Virus record (IMG/VR): IMGVR_UViG_3300020477_001468
Location: 11,022 to 75,021 of that record
DNA length: 64,000 bases
Source of the DNA: a virus
Strand: one strand, 5' to 3'
Shown here: positions 9,766 through 19,419 of the stretch, piece by piece
Numbering within the stretch: position 1 is the first letter of the stretch
Layout: every line of letters starts with the position of its first letter
Translations under genes and position numbers: made by a program
The notes under the pieces: generated by a model
What the model saw: only the letters and a program-made list of their open reading frames with translations
What the model was told of the DNA's origin: nothing
Databases searched by the model: none

Positions 9766-10447
9766 GATCTTTTTCTGTGTTAAAGTTGGAACAAAATATT
9801 CTTCCCAAGTTGTAAATAATCTTTATAATCAACTAGATAGGTATTATTCTGGTAGAGTTTATTTACACTGTTTAACAGATGATGATATAGGTATATATAA
9901 TGATATTCAAACAATAAAAATAAATAAAGCAGACACATGGAAAAAATTACAATGGCATAAGACTTCTTTTTTTCGGAAAAATTTTAATGGTTTTAATAAT
10001 AATGAAGAAGTCATAGTATGTGATATTGATATAGAAATACTCAAAAATATAGATAAATTAGTTGATTTTCCTATTAATAGATTTGCGGCTGCTCGAAGAT
10101 GGTGGATGTTAGAACATGGTCAAATGAGTGGTACATGGTATAAATTTAAAATAGGTGATTTAGCACATGTTGATACACAATTTGATAAAACTTGGCAAGA
10201 GTACTGGGTGCAAAATAAATTAGTTGCCCCACCCGTTAATGGCGAACAAAATTATGTAGAAGGTATGGTTGAATCAGTATGTGAAATAGATTATTTTCCT
10301 GATACATGGTTTACAAAATGGACCGATAATGATGAAAGAAATCGCTTAATACAACAAGACTTTTATAAACTAACAAATGATATGCTCTATTTTGGTACTT
10401 TTCATGAGGATATTAAAATAGTACACTACGCAGGTTATAATAGATAA
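9764..10447 (+). CDS. Glycosyltransferase (KWGxKY-type GT-A)
   Basis: KVGTKY, CLTD, WHK, CDID, GEQ, VHYAG. Confidence 0.75.
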   Translation: MIFFCVKVGTKYSSQVVNNLYNQLDRYYSGRVYLHCLTDDDIGIYNDIQTIKINKADTWKKLQWHKTSFFRKNFNGFNNNEEVIVCDIDIEILKNIDKLVDFPINRFAAARRWWMLEHGQMSGTWYKFKIGDLAHVDTQFDKTWQEYWVQNKLVAPPVNGEQNYVEGMVESVCEIDYFPDTWFTKWTDNDERNRLIQQDFYKLTNDMLYFGTFHEDIKIVHYAGYNR

Positions 10448-10464
10448 ATAGAGAATATAGGAGA
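10444..10464 (+). promoter_or_regulatory. Late promoter motif plus Shine-Dalgarno
   Basis: ATAAATA (10444-10450), then AGGAGA a few nt before the ATG at 10470. Confidence 0.5.
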
Positions 10465-10469
10465 AAATT

Positions 10470-11276
10470 ATGCCACTCGATTATGATACCTTAATTAAAC
10501 CAATATGTGATGATATAGATACAAATTATACTGGTTATAAAAATTATTATATTAACCAAATGTATCTACCCATATATTGGGATAAAAATGCAATTGTTAC
10601 TGTCTATGCTCATATTGCTGAATCAGTTATTGTATATTTAAATGCTAATCATGCCGGTAAAAGATTCCTTGAATGTAATATGAAAGATGGTTTAATAAAA
10701 TATTACAATGAAGATGCAACAAACGGGCTTGCTAATCCTTTAAACATCAAAAGTGCATGTCATCTAGCAGACTGGCATACAGCAGTCACATGTAGCAGAA
10801 CAGGAGATACAACATCAGATATATCTGATGCTGCATCCATAAATGAAAATCCAGATGACCATAATGGATTCTTTTTTATTAGAATGAAAGCGGCTTTAGG
10901 TGTCCAAGCTGATTATTGTCGTATAGCACGGCCATTGGATGGTAATTATCCAACAGATTGGATCCAAACAACTCCTAATGATGCAACAGCTATTGATCTT
11001 AATAATTTTGATATGTTACTTATAGGTGTACCTGATGCACAAATTTTTAACGATGTTAACAATTTTAAATCTACAACTGGATATAATGGATCAATTCTTT
11101 TTTATGATGTTGGCTTTGAAGGTGAAGATGAGGAATCACGAAGATCGTTAATTCTTTCAGATATGGGATTAACATGGGATGATATGAAATATAAGAATGA
11201 TAACTGTGTCTTAGCAAATCTACCAGCACATGACGTTGTTGATCTGAGTGGCCATACTGGATATTTAATATCATGA
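10470..11276 (+). CDS. Hypothetical protein
   Basis: 268-aa ORF with strong RBS; no recognisable motif. Confidence 0.7.
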   Translation: MPLDYDTLIKPICDDIDTNYTGYKNYYINQMYLPIYWDKNAIVTVYAHIAESVIVYLNANHAGKRFLECNMKDGLIKYYNEDATNGLANPLNIKSACHLADWHTAVTCSRTGDTTSDISDAASINENPDDHNGFFFIRMKAALGVQADYCRIARPLDGNYPTDWIQTTPNDATAIDLNNFDMLLIGVPDAQIFNDVNNFKSTTGYNGSILFYDVGFEGEDEESRRSLILSDMGLTWDDMKYKNDNCVLANLPAHDVVDLSGHTGYLIS

Positions 11277-11280
11277 AGGA

Positions 11281-12189
11281 ATGAAAAACCTGTTTATTAC
11301 GCATTTGTATAGACAAGGTAATGGTGATATAATTCAACTACTATCTAATATACATAATGCTGTTTCTAATAATGCTTATATACTATTTGATAACTCATTT
11401 ACCCGTGATGGTATAAAAAGACCTTTTAGTTATGAAGAACAATTTGCTGTTTTAGAAAATCAAATAAAAAAAATAATATTCTGGAACGAGGTGTTCCTTG
11501 ATAATGCTCCAGCTGTTAATATTATATACAAAGGTCGTATTATTAATAGTAAAAAACATTTTGAATTTTTAACTGATAATAATAAACTTTTTGATGTAGC
11601 AACATTAACAAAAATAGATTTAAATACTGAACAGTGTAAAGTAACATATCAAGAAGATTGGATTGATTTTGTTAAAAAACATAATATGGTGTTTTTTCCT
11701 TCTACTTTTAAGCATCAACCAAAAGATCATATTGGATTGAGTTTACGCACAGATTATTCAGCATATGGATTTGATACACTTGATTGGCTTGAATGTGAAT
11801 ATATTGAACAAATGTTTCAGGATCAAAAAATTAAATATATTGATTATTTTATTGATCAATCTTTGTTACAATTTCCATCCCATAAAAAAAGATTTGGTTC
11901 TTGGAAAGGTCAAGGTATAGCTTTTCATGTTAATGATACGATTACAAATCAAGATATTCAAAATTTTAAAAATTTTTGTGAAGATTTAAAAACATGTAAA
12001 TTTTTAGTATGTACAGAAGGTGGGATGAGTCATATGGCTGCATGTATGAGAATACCATTTTACATCTTTGGAAATTTTAATAGAGACAATGAGGAAGCAT
12101 TTCTTGAACTGTGGCAAAACTATTACGCTCCCCATGGTATTGTAACTGAAGATTTAATAACTTTAAAAGAAAGGGTATATGAAACTTAA
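11281..12189 (+). CDS. Putative GT-B (GT9-like) glycosyltransferase
   Basis: N-terminal GNGD and C-terminal TEGGMSHMAACMRIP, like the GT9 D[ST]G..HLAAA...P motif. Confidence 0.55.
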   Translation: MKNLFITHLYRQGNGDIIQLLSNIHNAVSNNAYILFDNSFTRDGIKRPFSYEEQFAVLENQIKKIIFWNEVFLDNAPAVNIIYKGRIINSKKHFEFLTDNNKLFDVATLTKIDLNTEQCKVTYQEDWIDFVKKHNMVFFPSTFKHQPKDHIGLSLRTDYSAYGFDTLDWLECEYIEQMFQDQKIKYIDYFIDQSLLQFPSHKKRFGSWKGQGIAFHVNDTITNQDIQNFKNFCEDLKTCKFLVCTEGGMSHMAACMRIPFYIFGNFNRDNEEAFLELWQNYYAPHGIVTEDLITLKERVYET

Positions 12190-12277
12190 ATATAGGTTAA
12201 GATACTACTGGTACAAATTTAAACATCTTTTTATAAAAAGAAAAAAGAAAGATCCACCAATTTATATCTATGACTGA
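12179..12277 (+). CDS. Small basic/aromatic peptide, 32 aa: MKLKYRLRYYWYKFKHLFIKRKKKDPPIYIYD
   Basis: Translated by hand; fills the gap, overlaps both neighbours, preceded by purine-rich AGAAAGGG; absent from the ORF track. Confidence 0.65.
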   Translation: MKLKYRLRYYWYKFKHLFIKRKKKDPPIYIYD

Positions 12278-13454
12278 TATGGTAAAGTGTCCAGTACCTA
12301 ATTCTTGTTTAACAATAAATCCTGATGGAACATTAGCACCATGTTGTCAGGCATCATTACCTTTTGAGCGTGACGATAAATTTATTTCTCTTCAAACAAC
12401 AGATTCATTACTTAATTTTTTTAATAGTCCTTTTTTAAATAATATTAGAGAAAATATTAAAACTAAAGGTATCCATCCAAGATTATGTAATGAATGTATT
12501 GATCAGCACAATAATAATGAACGTACATTCATGGATATGTACGATGATACACTTGTACGATTATGGAAGATTAATAGAAAAGACTTATCATACCTTGAAT
12601 TAACTACAAGTAATTTATGTAATCAAACTTGTACCACTTGTAATGGCTTTCTTTCTTCAGCTTGGAATATACTTGATAAGAAAATTTTAAAAGCATATCC
12701 AGGTTTAGACGAAGATTTAAGTGAGAAGAGAGTTAGCAGGCATTGGATAAAAAATGATATAAGATTAACACAAAAAGATATTGATAAGATAAAACCAATT
12801 TTACCTAAATTAAGAGTGTTTTGTATAAAGGGAGGTGAACCTTTTGCTGATAAGAAAAATATGGATCTGCTTGAATATCTTGCAAAAGTTAATCCAGATT
12901 GTTATGTTCAAATAATAACCAATTTTACGTTAGTAGATAAGTATATTCATATACTGAAAAAATTTAGACGTCTTGATGTAGATGCTAGTGTTGATGGTCT
13001 ATATGATCAATATGAATGGATGCGAAGCTCAAAGTGGAAGAAATTGCTTGAACAAATGGATCTTTATATTCATAAAACACGTAAGCAAACAATGATTAAT
13101 ATTACTGTTTCAATTTACAACTATTTTAATTTACATGAAATAATTAAATATTGGGATAAGAGTCCTTATTCAAGAACACTTGCAGCAACAAATATTGTAC
13201 ATCATCCAAAAATATCAAGTTTTAAATTTTTAAAGCAAGACTACTTAAATATGTTTTATGATAAAATTGATCCAAATTTTACTGGTATTGTACTTGATCG
13301 TCCAACGTCTTTTAAAGACCAAGATTTAAAATTTAGTAGAAAATTTTATTATCAAAAAATGCAAAAATGGATTGATGTAATGGATAGTATGAGAGGATTT
13401 AAATTAGTTGATTCAGTACCTGAATTAAACCTATTAGAAGAGATGATATTATGA
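12270..13454 (+). CDS. Radical SAM enzyme with N-terminal SPASM/twitch-like domain
   Basis: CPVP...PDG..APCC...CNEC, then CNQTCTTC, GGEP, TN, SVDG. Confidence 0.9.
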   Translation: MTDMVKCPVPNSCLTINPDGTLAPCCQASLPFERDDKFISLQTTDSLLNFFNSPFLNNIRENIKTKGIHPRLCNECIDQHNNNERTFMDMYDDTLVRLWKINRKDLSYLELTTSNLCNQTCTTCNGFLSSAWNILDKKILKAYPGLDEDLSEKRVSRHWIKNDIRLTQKDIDKIKPILPKLRVFCIKGGEPFADKKNMDLLEYLAKVNPDCYVQIITNFTLVDKYIHILKKFRRLDVDASVDGLYDQYEWMRSSKWKKLLEQMDLYIHKTRKQTMINITVSIYNYFNLHEIIKYWDKSPYSRTLAATNIVHHPKISSFKFLKQDYLNMFYDKIDPNFTGIVLDRPTSFKDQDLKFSRKFYYQKMQKWIDVMDSMRGFKLVDSVPELNLLEEMIL

Positions 13455-14293
13455 TTTTATGTTTTGGTTGTAGCTTCACAGATCATACTAAAGTTTCTTT
13501 TTGTGAACCCACTCGTGATACAGACTTTATAAGATGGCCAAAAATTATAGGCAAAATGCTTAATAAAAAATCTTATAATTTAGCTTTAAGTGGTTTATCT
13601 AATGATGCTATTCAACAAAGAATTAAAACAGAACTTGTAAAACATCATAAAGAAATTGATTTTGTTTTTGTACAATGGACAGAGTGGTATAGATTTTCAT
13701 TAATGCATAATACGATGTATAGTTTCATGTTTACGCATCTTGTTGATGAGTGGTTAGAAACATTTCATAATGCTGAAAGCGAAGGCTATTTAAAAGATAT
13801 CTCTCCAAATTTTAAAAATAATATTGATATGGAATCACATCATTTAATGAATATGATGCATTTTTTAAATTATAGATATGAAAAAGATACAACTGAAGCT
13901 GAAAAACGCAGAGGAATAGCTTCTAAAGATTTTATAAATTATTTTGTGATTGGAGTTTACCATACAATACAAAAATTTTGTGAGGCATATAATATACCAA
14001 TTATTCACATTCAAGGTGTAGGAATTACTCCCACTGAAGGTTATTGTAATGTTTTAAATGTACAATATGGTCAGTACCAAAAAGAAATGTTGGAGAATTA
14101 TATGGAGCTGTTTGTTGATAATTTTATAGGATGGCCTATAATGCCTGCTCTAGGTGGACATACAATTGCTGATAAACTTGATGAACATGGAGAAGATTTA
14201 TATATTTCTATAATGGATAGACACCCAAATGCAGAAGGTCATGAAATGATAGCTGAACTTTTTCTTGACAGATATAAGATGTTATATGTATAG
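13451..14293 (+). CDS. SGNH-like hydrolase or acyltransferase
   Basis: FGCSFT, GLSN, QWT, HPNAEGH. Confidence 0.7.
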   Translation: MILCFGCSFTDHTKVSFCEPTRDTDFIRWPKIIGKMLNKKSYNLALSGLSNDAIQQRIKTELVKHHKEIDFVFVQWTEWYRFSLMHNTMYSFMFTHLVDEWLETFHNAESEGYLKDISPNFKNNIDMESHHLMNMMHFLNYRYEKDTTEAEKRRGIASKDFINYFVIGVYHTIQKFCEAYNIPIIHIQGVGITPTEGYCNVLNVQYGQYQKEMLENYMELFVDNFIGWPIMPALGGHTIADKLDEHGEDLYISIMDRHPNAEGHEMIAELFLDRYKMLYV

Positions 14294-15038
14294 AAATGCT
14301 TTTAGACAACAAAAAATAAATGCATGGGTTGATTTATCTACCTTGTGTAATGCAAAATGTCCTCAATGCCATAGAACCAATCCTAATGGATTAGATAAAC
14401 AAGAATGGCTACCTCTTGTTCAATGGACATTATTAGATTTTAAAAAAGCATTTCCAATACAAACACTAAAGCACATTCAAAGATTTGAAATTTGTGGTAC
14501 ATGGGGTGATCCAATAGCAAATAAAGATATTGATAAAATTGTTGAATATATTATTAATCATTCTAATAGTGAAATTATTATCAATACAAATGGTAGTCTT
14601 AGATCAAGAAATTGGTGGTATAAATTGGGTATGATTGGTAAAAAAAGATTATCAATTTTCTTTGCCATAGAAGGTATTGATCAAGAAATGCATAGTGCAT
14701 ATAGAGTAAATACTGATCTACGAAAAATTCTTGACAATATGTTAGAATTTGGTAAACATAGTATTGTAAAAGTATTTGTAGTTGTTTTTGATCATAATGA
14801 AGATTACTTGGAAGAAATATATCAAATGTGTGAACTTTATAATTCTAAAGAAACATTATTTTTTCCTTCAAACAGATTTGGTCCACATCCAGATTTTGAT
14901 TATGTGTACAAAAACAAGCAACTGAAACTAAAACCAGTACGCAGTATGGATAGTCCTTTTTATCGCCCAGAGGATGCATATAAATGGAAAATTAATTTAA
15001 CTGGTAAACATAAAAAAGATATGCATTTAAAGTTATGA
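14286..15038 (+). CDS. Radical SAM enzyme (core domain only)
   Basis: CNAKCPQC, CGTWGDP, TNGS, FAIEG; ATG at 14286 preferred over the track start. Confidence 0.9.
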   Translation: MYRNAFRQQKINAWVDLSTLCNAKCPQCHRTNPNGLDKQEWLPLVQWTLLDFKKAFPIQTLKHIQRFEICGTWGDPIANKDIDKIVEYIINHSNSEIIINTNGSLRSRNWWYKLGMIGKKRLSIFFAIEGIDQEMHSAYRVNTDLRKILDNMLEFGKHSIVKVFVVVFDHNEDYLEEIYQMCELYNSKETLFFPSNRFGPHPDFDYVYKNKQLKLKPVRSMDSPFYRPEDAYKWKINLTGKHKKDMHLKL

Positions 15039-15385
15039 AAAAAATAATATGTCAATGGGAAAAGGTTGATAAAGTTTTAATCAATCCTGATGGACAAGTA
15101 TTTCCATGTTGTTATCTATCAAATCCAGCTTACACTGCTAAAATTCAAGAAGCAAAAGACGGCAAGGTTTCATATGGATGGGATGTTGTGAATGATCCAA
15201 CACCAACTGCAGAAACTAATGTAATTAGAAAATATTATGAACATGAAAAAGATTTAAATGTTTTTAACAAATCTTTAAGTGATGTCCTTGCTCATAAATG
15301 GTTTCAAGAAATATTACCAAAATCATGGGAAGATGAAAAAACTTGCCATAAAATTTGTAAAATGATGTGTGAACGTGAAGTCTAA
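15035..15385 (+). CDS. Stand-alone SPASM/twitch Fe-S domain protein
   Basis: C...INPDGQVFPCCY...ICKMMC; ATGA overlap with the upstream rSAM. Confidence 0.85.
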   Translation: MKKIICQWEKVDKVLINPDGQVFPCCYLSNPAYTAKIQEAKDGKVSYGWDVVNDPTPTAETNVIRKYYEHEKDLNVFNKSLSDVLAHKWFQEILPKSWEDEKTCHKICKMMCEREV

Positions 15386-16541
15386 ATTTTGTCCTGCACC
15401 ATGGTATCATTTATCAACTGATACTAATGGATCATTAAGACCCTGCTGTAAATTCTCTCAACCACAACTTCAGCAAAAGCATAAAATGCCTTTTATGTAT
15501 GAAGGTAGATTAGATGAATTGTGGAACAGCAAAAATTTTAAATCATTACGTCAAGATTTTATAGATGGAAAGCAACCAAAAGAATGTGAAATATGCTGGA
15601 ATGAAGAAAACAACAATGTAAGAAGTTATCGTGAAAATTTAATTGATTGGTTTAAGAGTAGTTGGGAGCATTGTGATTTTACAAAGGTAGAAGCACCTCC
15701 TCCTACGTCTTTTGATTTCAAGGTCACAAACTTGTGTAATATGAAATGCAGAATTTGTGGACCAACAGCATCAAGTTTATTTTTTGAAGAAGCCAAATCT
15801 TATATGAGATTAACCTATAATGAGGCCTATTTAAAAGACAACAAAATAACACAAACTAATAATAGAGAAATATTTTTAAAATGGTTACCACATATAAAAC
15901 GTATTGAAATTACAGGTGGTGAACCTCTAGTTAGTCCTGAAAATAAAGAAATGATAAAGTTAATATGTGATCAAGGTCACGCAGATCATATTGACTTACA
16001 AGTTACTACAAATGGTAAACTTTTTATTCCAAAATTTAATGAATATTTAAAACAGTTTGAAAGAGTAATCATATCGTTAAGTATTGATGATATCACTGAT
16101 AGATTTGAATACCATAGATATCCATCTAATTGGAAAAAAGTTAAATCAAATATAGACGATTATATAAAATTAGATAAAGACAATCATAATATACAAACAT
16201 ATCTTTATTGTACAGTAAGTAATTATAATATCTTTTACTTAGATGAATATTGTGATTATTTTAGCTATCTACCAAAAAATCAATATAATTTTGGTTTATT
16301 ATTTTATAATGATTACTGGTGCATTCAAAATCTACATCCATATATTAAAGAAATTATATTAGACAAATTAAACGACTATGAAAAATTACATCCTGTAATT
16401 AATTACTTATCAGGTAAAGGCAAAGACCTTACTAAAAAATTTTTGATAGAAACTTCAAAGTTTGATAGACTTAGACAGCAACAATTTTCAACAACATTTC
16501 CAGAATGGTATGATATTCTCAGCATGCATCGCACCCTTTAA
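15369..16541 (+). CDS. Radical SAM enzyme with N-terminal SPASM/twitch-like domain
   Basis: CPAPW...RPCC...CEIC, CNMKCRIC, GGEP, TNG. Confidence 0.9.
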   Translation: MNVKSKFCPAPWYHLSTDTNGSLRPCCKFSQPQLQQKHKMPFMYEGRLDELWNSKNFKSLRQDFIDGKQPKECEICWNEENNNVRSYRENLIDWFKSSWEHCDFTKVEAPPPTSFDFKVTNLCNMKCRICGPTASSLFFEEAKSYMRLTYNEAYLKDNKITQTNNREIFLKWLPHIKRIEITGGEPLVSPENKEMIKLICDQGHADHIDLQVTTNGKLFIPKFNEYLKQFERVIISLSIDDITDRFEYHRYPSNWKKVKSNIDDYIKLDKDNHNIQTYLYCTVSNYNIFYLDEYCDYFSYLPKNQYNFGLLFYNDYWCIQNLHPYIKEIILDKLNDYEKLHPVINYLSGKGKDLTKKFLIETSKFDRLRQQQFSTTFPEWYDILSMHRTL

Positions 16542-17514
16542 TAATATGTATTTTGCAGTACAAGGTCAAGCATCACCTTGTTGGCTGTCTAGTGGATATT
16601 TGGATAAGTGGTCTAAAACCAAATCAATCAAAGAAATCTGGCGAGGTCAAAAATATCAACAATATAGAAACAATTTAAGATGGGATATATTTGAAGATCA
16701 ATGTACAATATGTAAGGATGATATTGATAATGGAAGATGGCCTTTAGCTAAAGCATATGAAGATTTTAGTGTTGATTTTGAATATCCTACATTGATGGAA
16801 TTGGAATTAAGCAACCAATGTAATCTTGAATGTTTAATGTGTTCTGGAATATTAAGTAGTGGTATTAGAAAAAATAGAGATAAATTACCACCACTAGAAA
16901 TACCTTATGATGATAGTTTTGTAGAACAGCTTAATGAATTTATCCCTTATCTTGAAGAATTAAGATTTAATGGTGGTGAACCAATGCTACAAAACATTGT
17001 TCATAAAATTTGTAACAATGTCGCAAAAATAAAACCAGAACTTAAAATTAATATTGCAACAAATGGTACCGTTTACAATAAGAGAGTTCAAACCTTATTA
17101 AATAAATGCAATATACATCTTAATATTTCTATAGATGGGTTCTCTAAAGACGTATATGAAAAAATAAGAATAAATGCAAATCATGACACCTTAATGAAAC
17201 ATTTTGATATTTTTTTGCGATACTGTAAAGATGGTAAGAGAGAATTATCTGTTATGGTAAACCCAATGAGAAACAATTGGTGGGAAATGCATAAGTTTGT
17301 TGAATGGACACATAAACACAATGTCAATTTATGGTATAACACAATTAGGTATCCTGAACATTTAGCATTATGGAATTGGGAGGATAAGTTACATAGTGTG
17401 TATGATAGTATGAGTTTATGTTTAAGGCAAATGCCAAATTTTCAAAATAAAGATAAGTATGAACATTTAGTGGAAAGGCAAATAAAGACTTGGTATGAAA
17501 AGATGTCTCTATAG
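16510..17514 (+). CDS. Radical SAM enzyme with N-terminal SPASM/twitch-like domain
   Basis: CIAPF...PCW...CTIC, CNLECLMC, GGEP, TNG, SIDG; ATG at 16510 preferred. Confidence 0.9.
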   Translation: MIFSACIAPFNNMYFAVQGQASPCWLSSGYLDKWSKTKSIKEIWRGQKYQQYRNNLRWDIFEDQCTICKDDIDNGRWPLAKAYEDFSVDFEYPTLMELELSNQCNLECLMCSGILSSGIRKNRDKLPPLEIPYDDSFVEQLNEFIPYLEELRFNGGEPMLQNIVHKICNNVAKIKPELKINIATNGTVYNKRVQTLLNKCNIHLNISIDGFSKDVYEKIRINANHDTLMKHFDIFLRYCKDGKRELSVMVNPMRNNWWEMHKFVEWTHKHNVNLWYNTIRYPEHLALWNWEDKLHSVYDSMSLCLRQMPNFQNKDKYEHLVERQIKTWYEKMSL

Positions 17515-18565
17515 TAATTTTATAGCGATTACTAATTATAGAAATAAAAATGCATTTATAATTTATTATGATGATATAAAAGAAGCACATCAAAAATATG
17601 CTGACGCTATAAACGTTGATTATGTTTTATTTGAAGGAACAACAAACAACTATAATCTACCTCTTTACGAACAAATAAACCTCGCAAAATATATTAATGG
17701 CGAAGCCCTATTACAAGAATATGATGAAATCTTTTATATTGATTTTGATATAATACCAAACACTTCAATAAACTGTTTTAGAAGATGGGATTTACAAAGC
17801 CATATTCCAATTAAAGCTACTATAGACTTTGATTGTTATTCTAGTGCTCAGCAATATATTGATCACATTAATCAAGTTAAATTTAATACTGAATTAGAAG
17901 AATACAATACTATTTCAAGACAATTTAATGAAGAACAAGATAAAATCTTAAAAAGGTACGATAAGTTAACACAACAATATTGGAGAGGTATTACTGATGA
18001 TAGTTATCATGGTAGACCATGGAGTGAAGAAACAAGACCTAAACAATTTGAAGAAGAATTAGGTTTAGATTGGTGGTACAAAAAACATGATTTTGATATC
18101 AATCTAGTTAACAGACCAATGAAAACATTCAAAGAAAATTTTATTGAAATAGATACACCCTCTCCTGATACAATTCAACCTTGGGATGATATTGTTAAGT
18201 ATGCTGCCGCAGATATTTTAACTAATACACCAATCCTATATAATACCGGCGTTATGGGATTTAGTAGAAATACCTTTAAAGATTTGAATATAATTAACCG
18301 TATAGAAGAATTCAAAAATAAAATAAAAAGATTTATTAAATCAGAAAAATGGCCAGAATTTATTACTAAGCATATTGACTTTAATAATGAAGTGTTATTT
18401 TCGTACTGTGCAGATAAGGTTAATATTAAACATATTCCTGATTCATGGAACTACTTCGTTGATTGGGATTCTGGTGTTATTGAAGTAGAACAATCCTCTT
18501 CATTCGAAGACTGTAAATTCAGACATTATTTAAATAAGAATTTTGAAAAACAATGGCCAACGTAA
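17495..18565 (+). CDS. GT-A fold glycosyltransferase with a long internal insertion
   Basis: YIDFD, YNTGV, NNE, WNY, RHY; extra segment between DxD and NTG relative to its paralogs. Confidence 0.72.
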   Translation: MKRCLYSNFIAITNYRNKNAFIIYYDDIKEAHQKYADAINVDYVLFEGTTNNYNLPLYEQINLAKYINGEALLQEYDEIFYIDFDIIPNTSINCFRRWDLQSHIPIKATIDFDCYSSAQQYIDHINQVKFNTELEEYNTISRQFNEEQDKILKRYDKLTQQYWRGITDDSYHGRPWSEETRPKQFEEELGLDWWYKKHDFDINLVNRPMKTFKENFIEIDTPSPDTIQPWDDIVKYAAADILTNTPILYNTGVMGFSRNTFKDLNIINRIEEFKNKIKRFIKSEKWPEFITKHIDFNNEVLFSYCADKVNIKHIPDSWNYFVDWDSGVIEVEQSSSFEDCKFRHYLNKNFEKQWPT

Positions 18566-19419
18566 TCTATAGTATATACATTGAAATTGAAAAAGAAAAT
18601 TATGATCAAAATATTGGATCATATTATTATGATGAAAAAACAGGTATATCAAAAAGTCGTCGTTCTCATTATGAATATGAAAAATATAAAAAAGAATTAG
18701 CTTTATGTAAAGAGATTTATAGTGATGTTATAGGGTGCGACTTTATTCTTTTTGGTAATGATAAGGATTATAAAAACTTTTCAAAGAAAATGTTATCTGA
18801 CTGTCCTCATCTATCAAAGTATGAGATAATTAATTTCTATAAATTTGATAGAGCTGTTCATTGTGCGAAAACATATGATAATGTATTGTTTTTAGATTTT
18901 GATGTAATACCAAATAACTTTCATAATTGGTTTGACTATTTTGATCCTTCAAAATTTCATGTACAAGATTCTCCTATTAGAGTTAGTTTACCAAAAGATG
19001 TATTATCAGGTCGTTGGCAATTAGATGCTAGAGCACCAGAAGCAAAAATGTATAATGCTGGTAAATTGTTAGAAATGTATAACCTTGATACAGATGATAA
19101 TAAACCTTGGAATACTGCTATTATGGGGTTTACTTCTGAAATGATGGATAAGTTAGATTACTTTAAAGATTTTACTCTAACTATGGAAGCAATGCACTTA
19201 TTAAAACAACAAAACCTTCCAAAACCATATAAAAGATTATTAGGATATGATAATGAAACTCTTTTTGGATTTAGAATAATTCAACACAAAATACCATATC
19301 AAATATTACCTGTTAAATGGCATTATCTGGTTGATGATTTATCAATTAAAAAGGTACATGATAATATTTGTTTTTGCCATTGTATAGATAAACAATTTGG
19401 GAGATTTTTTGGATATTGA
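18553..19419 (+). CDS. GT-A fold glycosyltransferase
   Basis: INFYK, FLDFD, WNTA, DNE, WHY, CHC. Confidence 0.75.
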   Translation: MANVIYSIYIEIEKENYDQNIGSYYYDEKTGISKSRRSHYEYEKYKKELALCKEIYSDVIGCDFILFGNDKDYKNFSKKMLSDCPHLSKYEIINFYKFDRAVHCAKTYDNVLFLDFDVIPNNFHNWFDYFDPSKFHVQDSPIRVSLPKDVLSGRWQLDARAPEAKMYNAGKLLEMYNLDTDDNKPWNTAIMGFTSEMMDKLDYFKDFTLTMEAMHLLKQQNLPKPYKRLLGYDNETLFGFRIIQHKIPYQILPVKWHYLVDDLSIKKVHDNICFCHCIDKQFGRFFGY

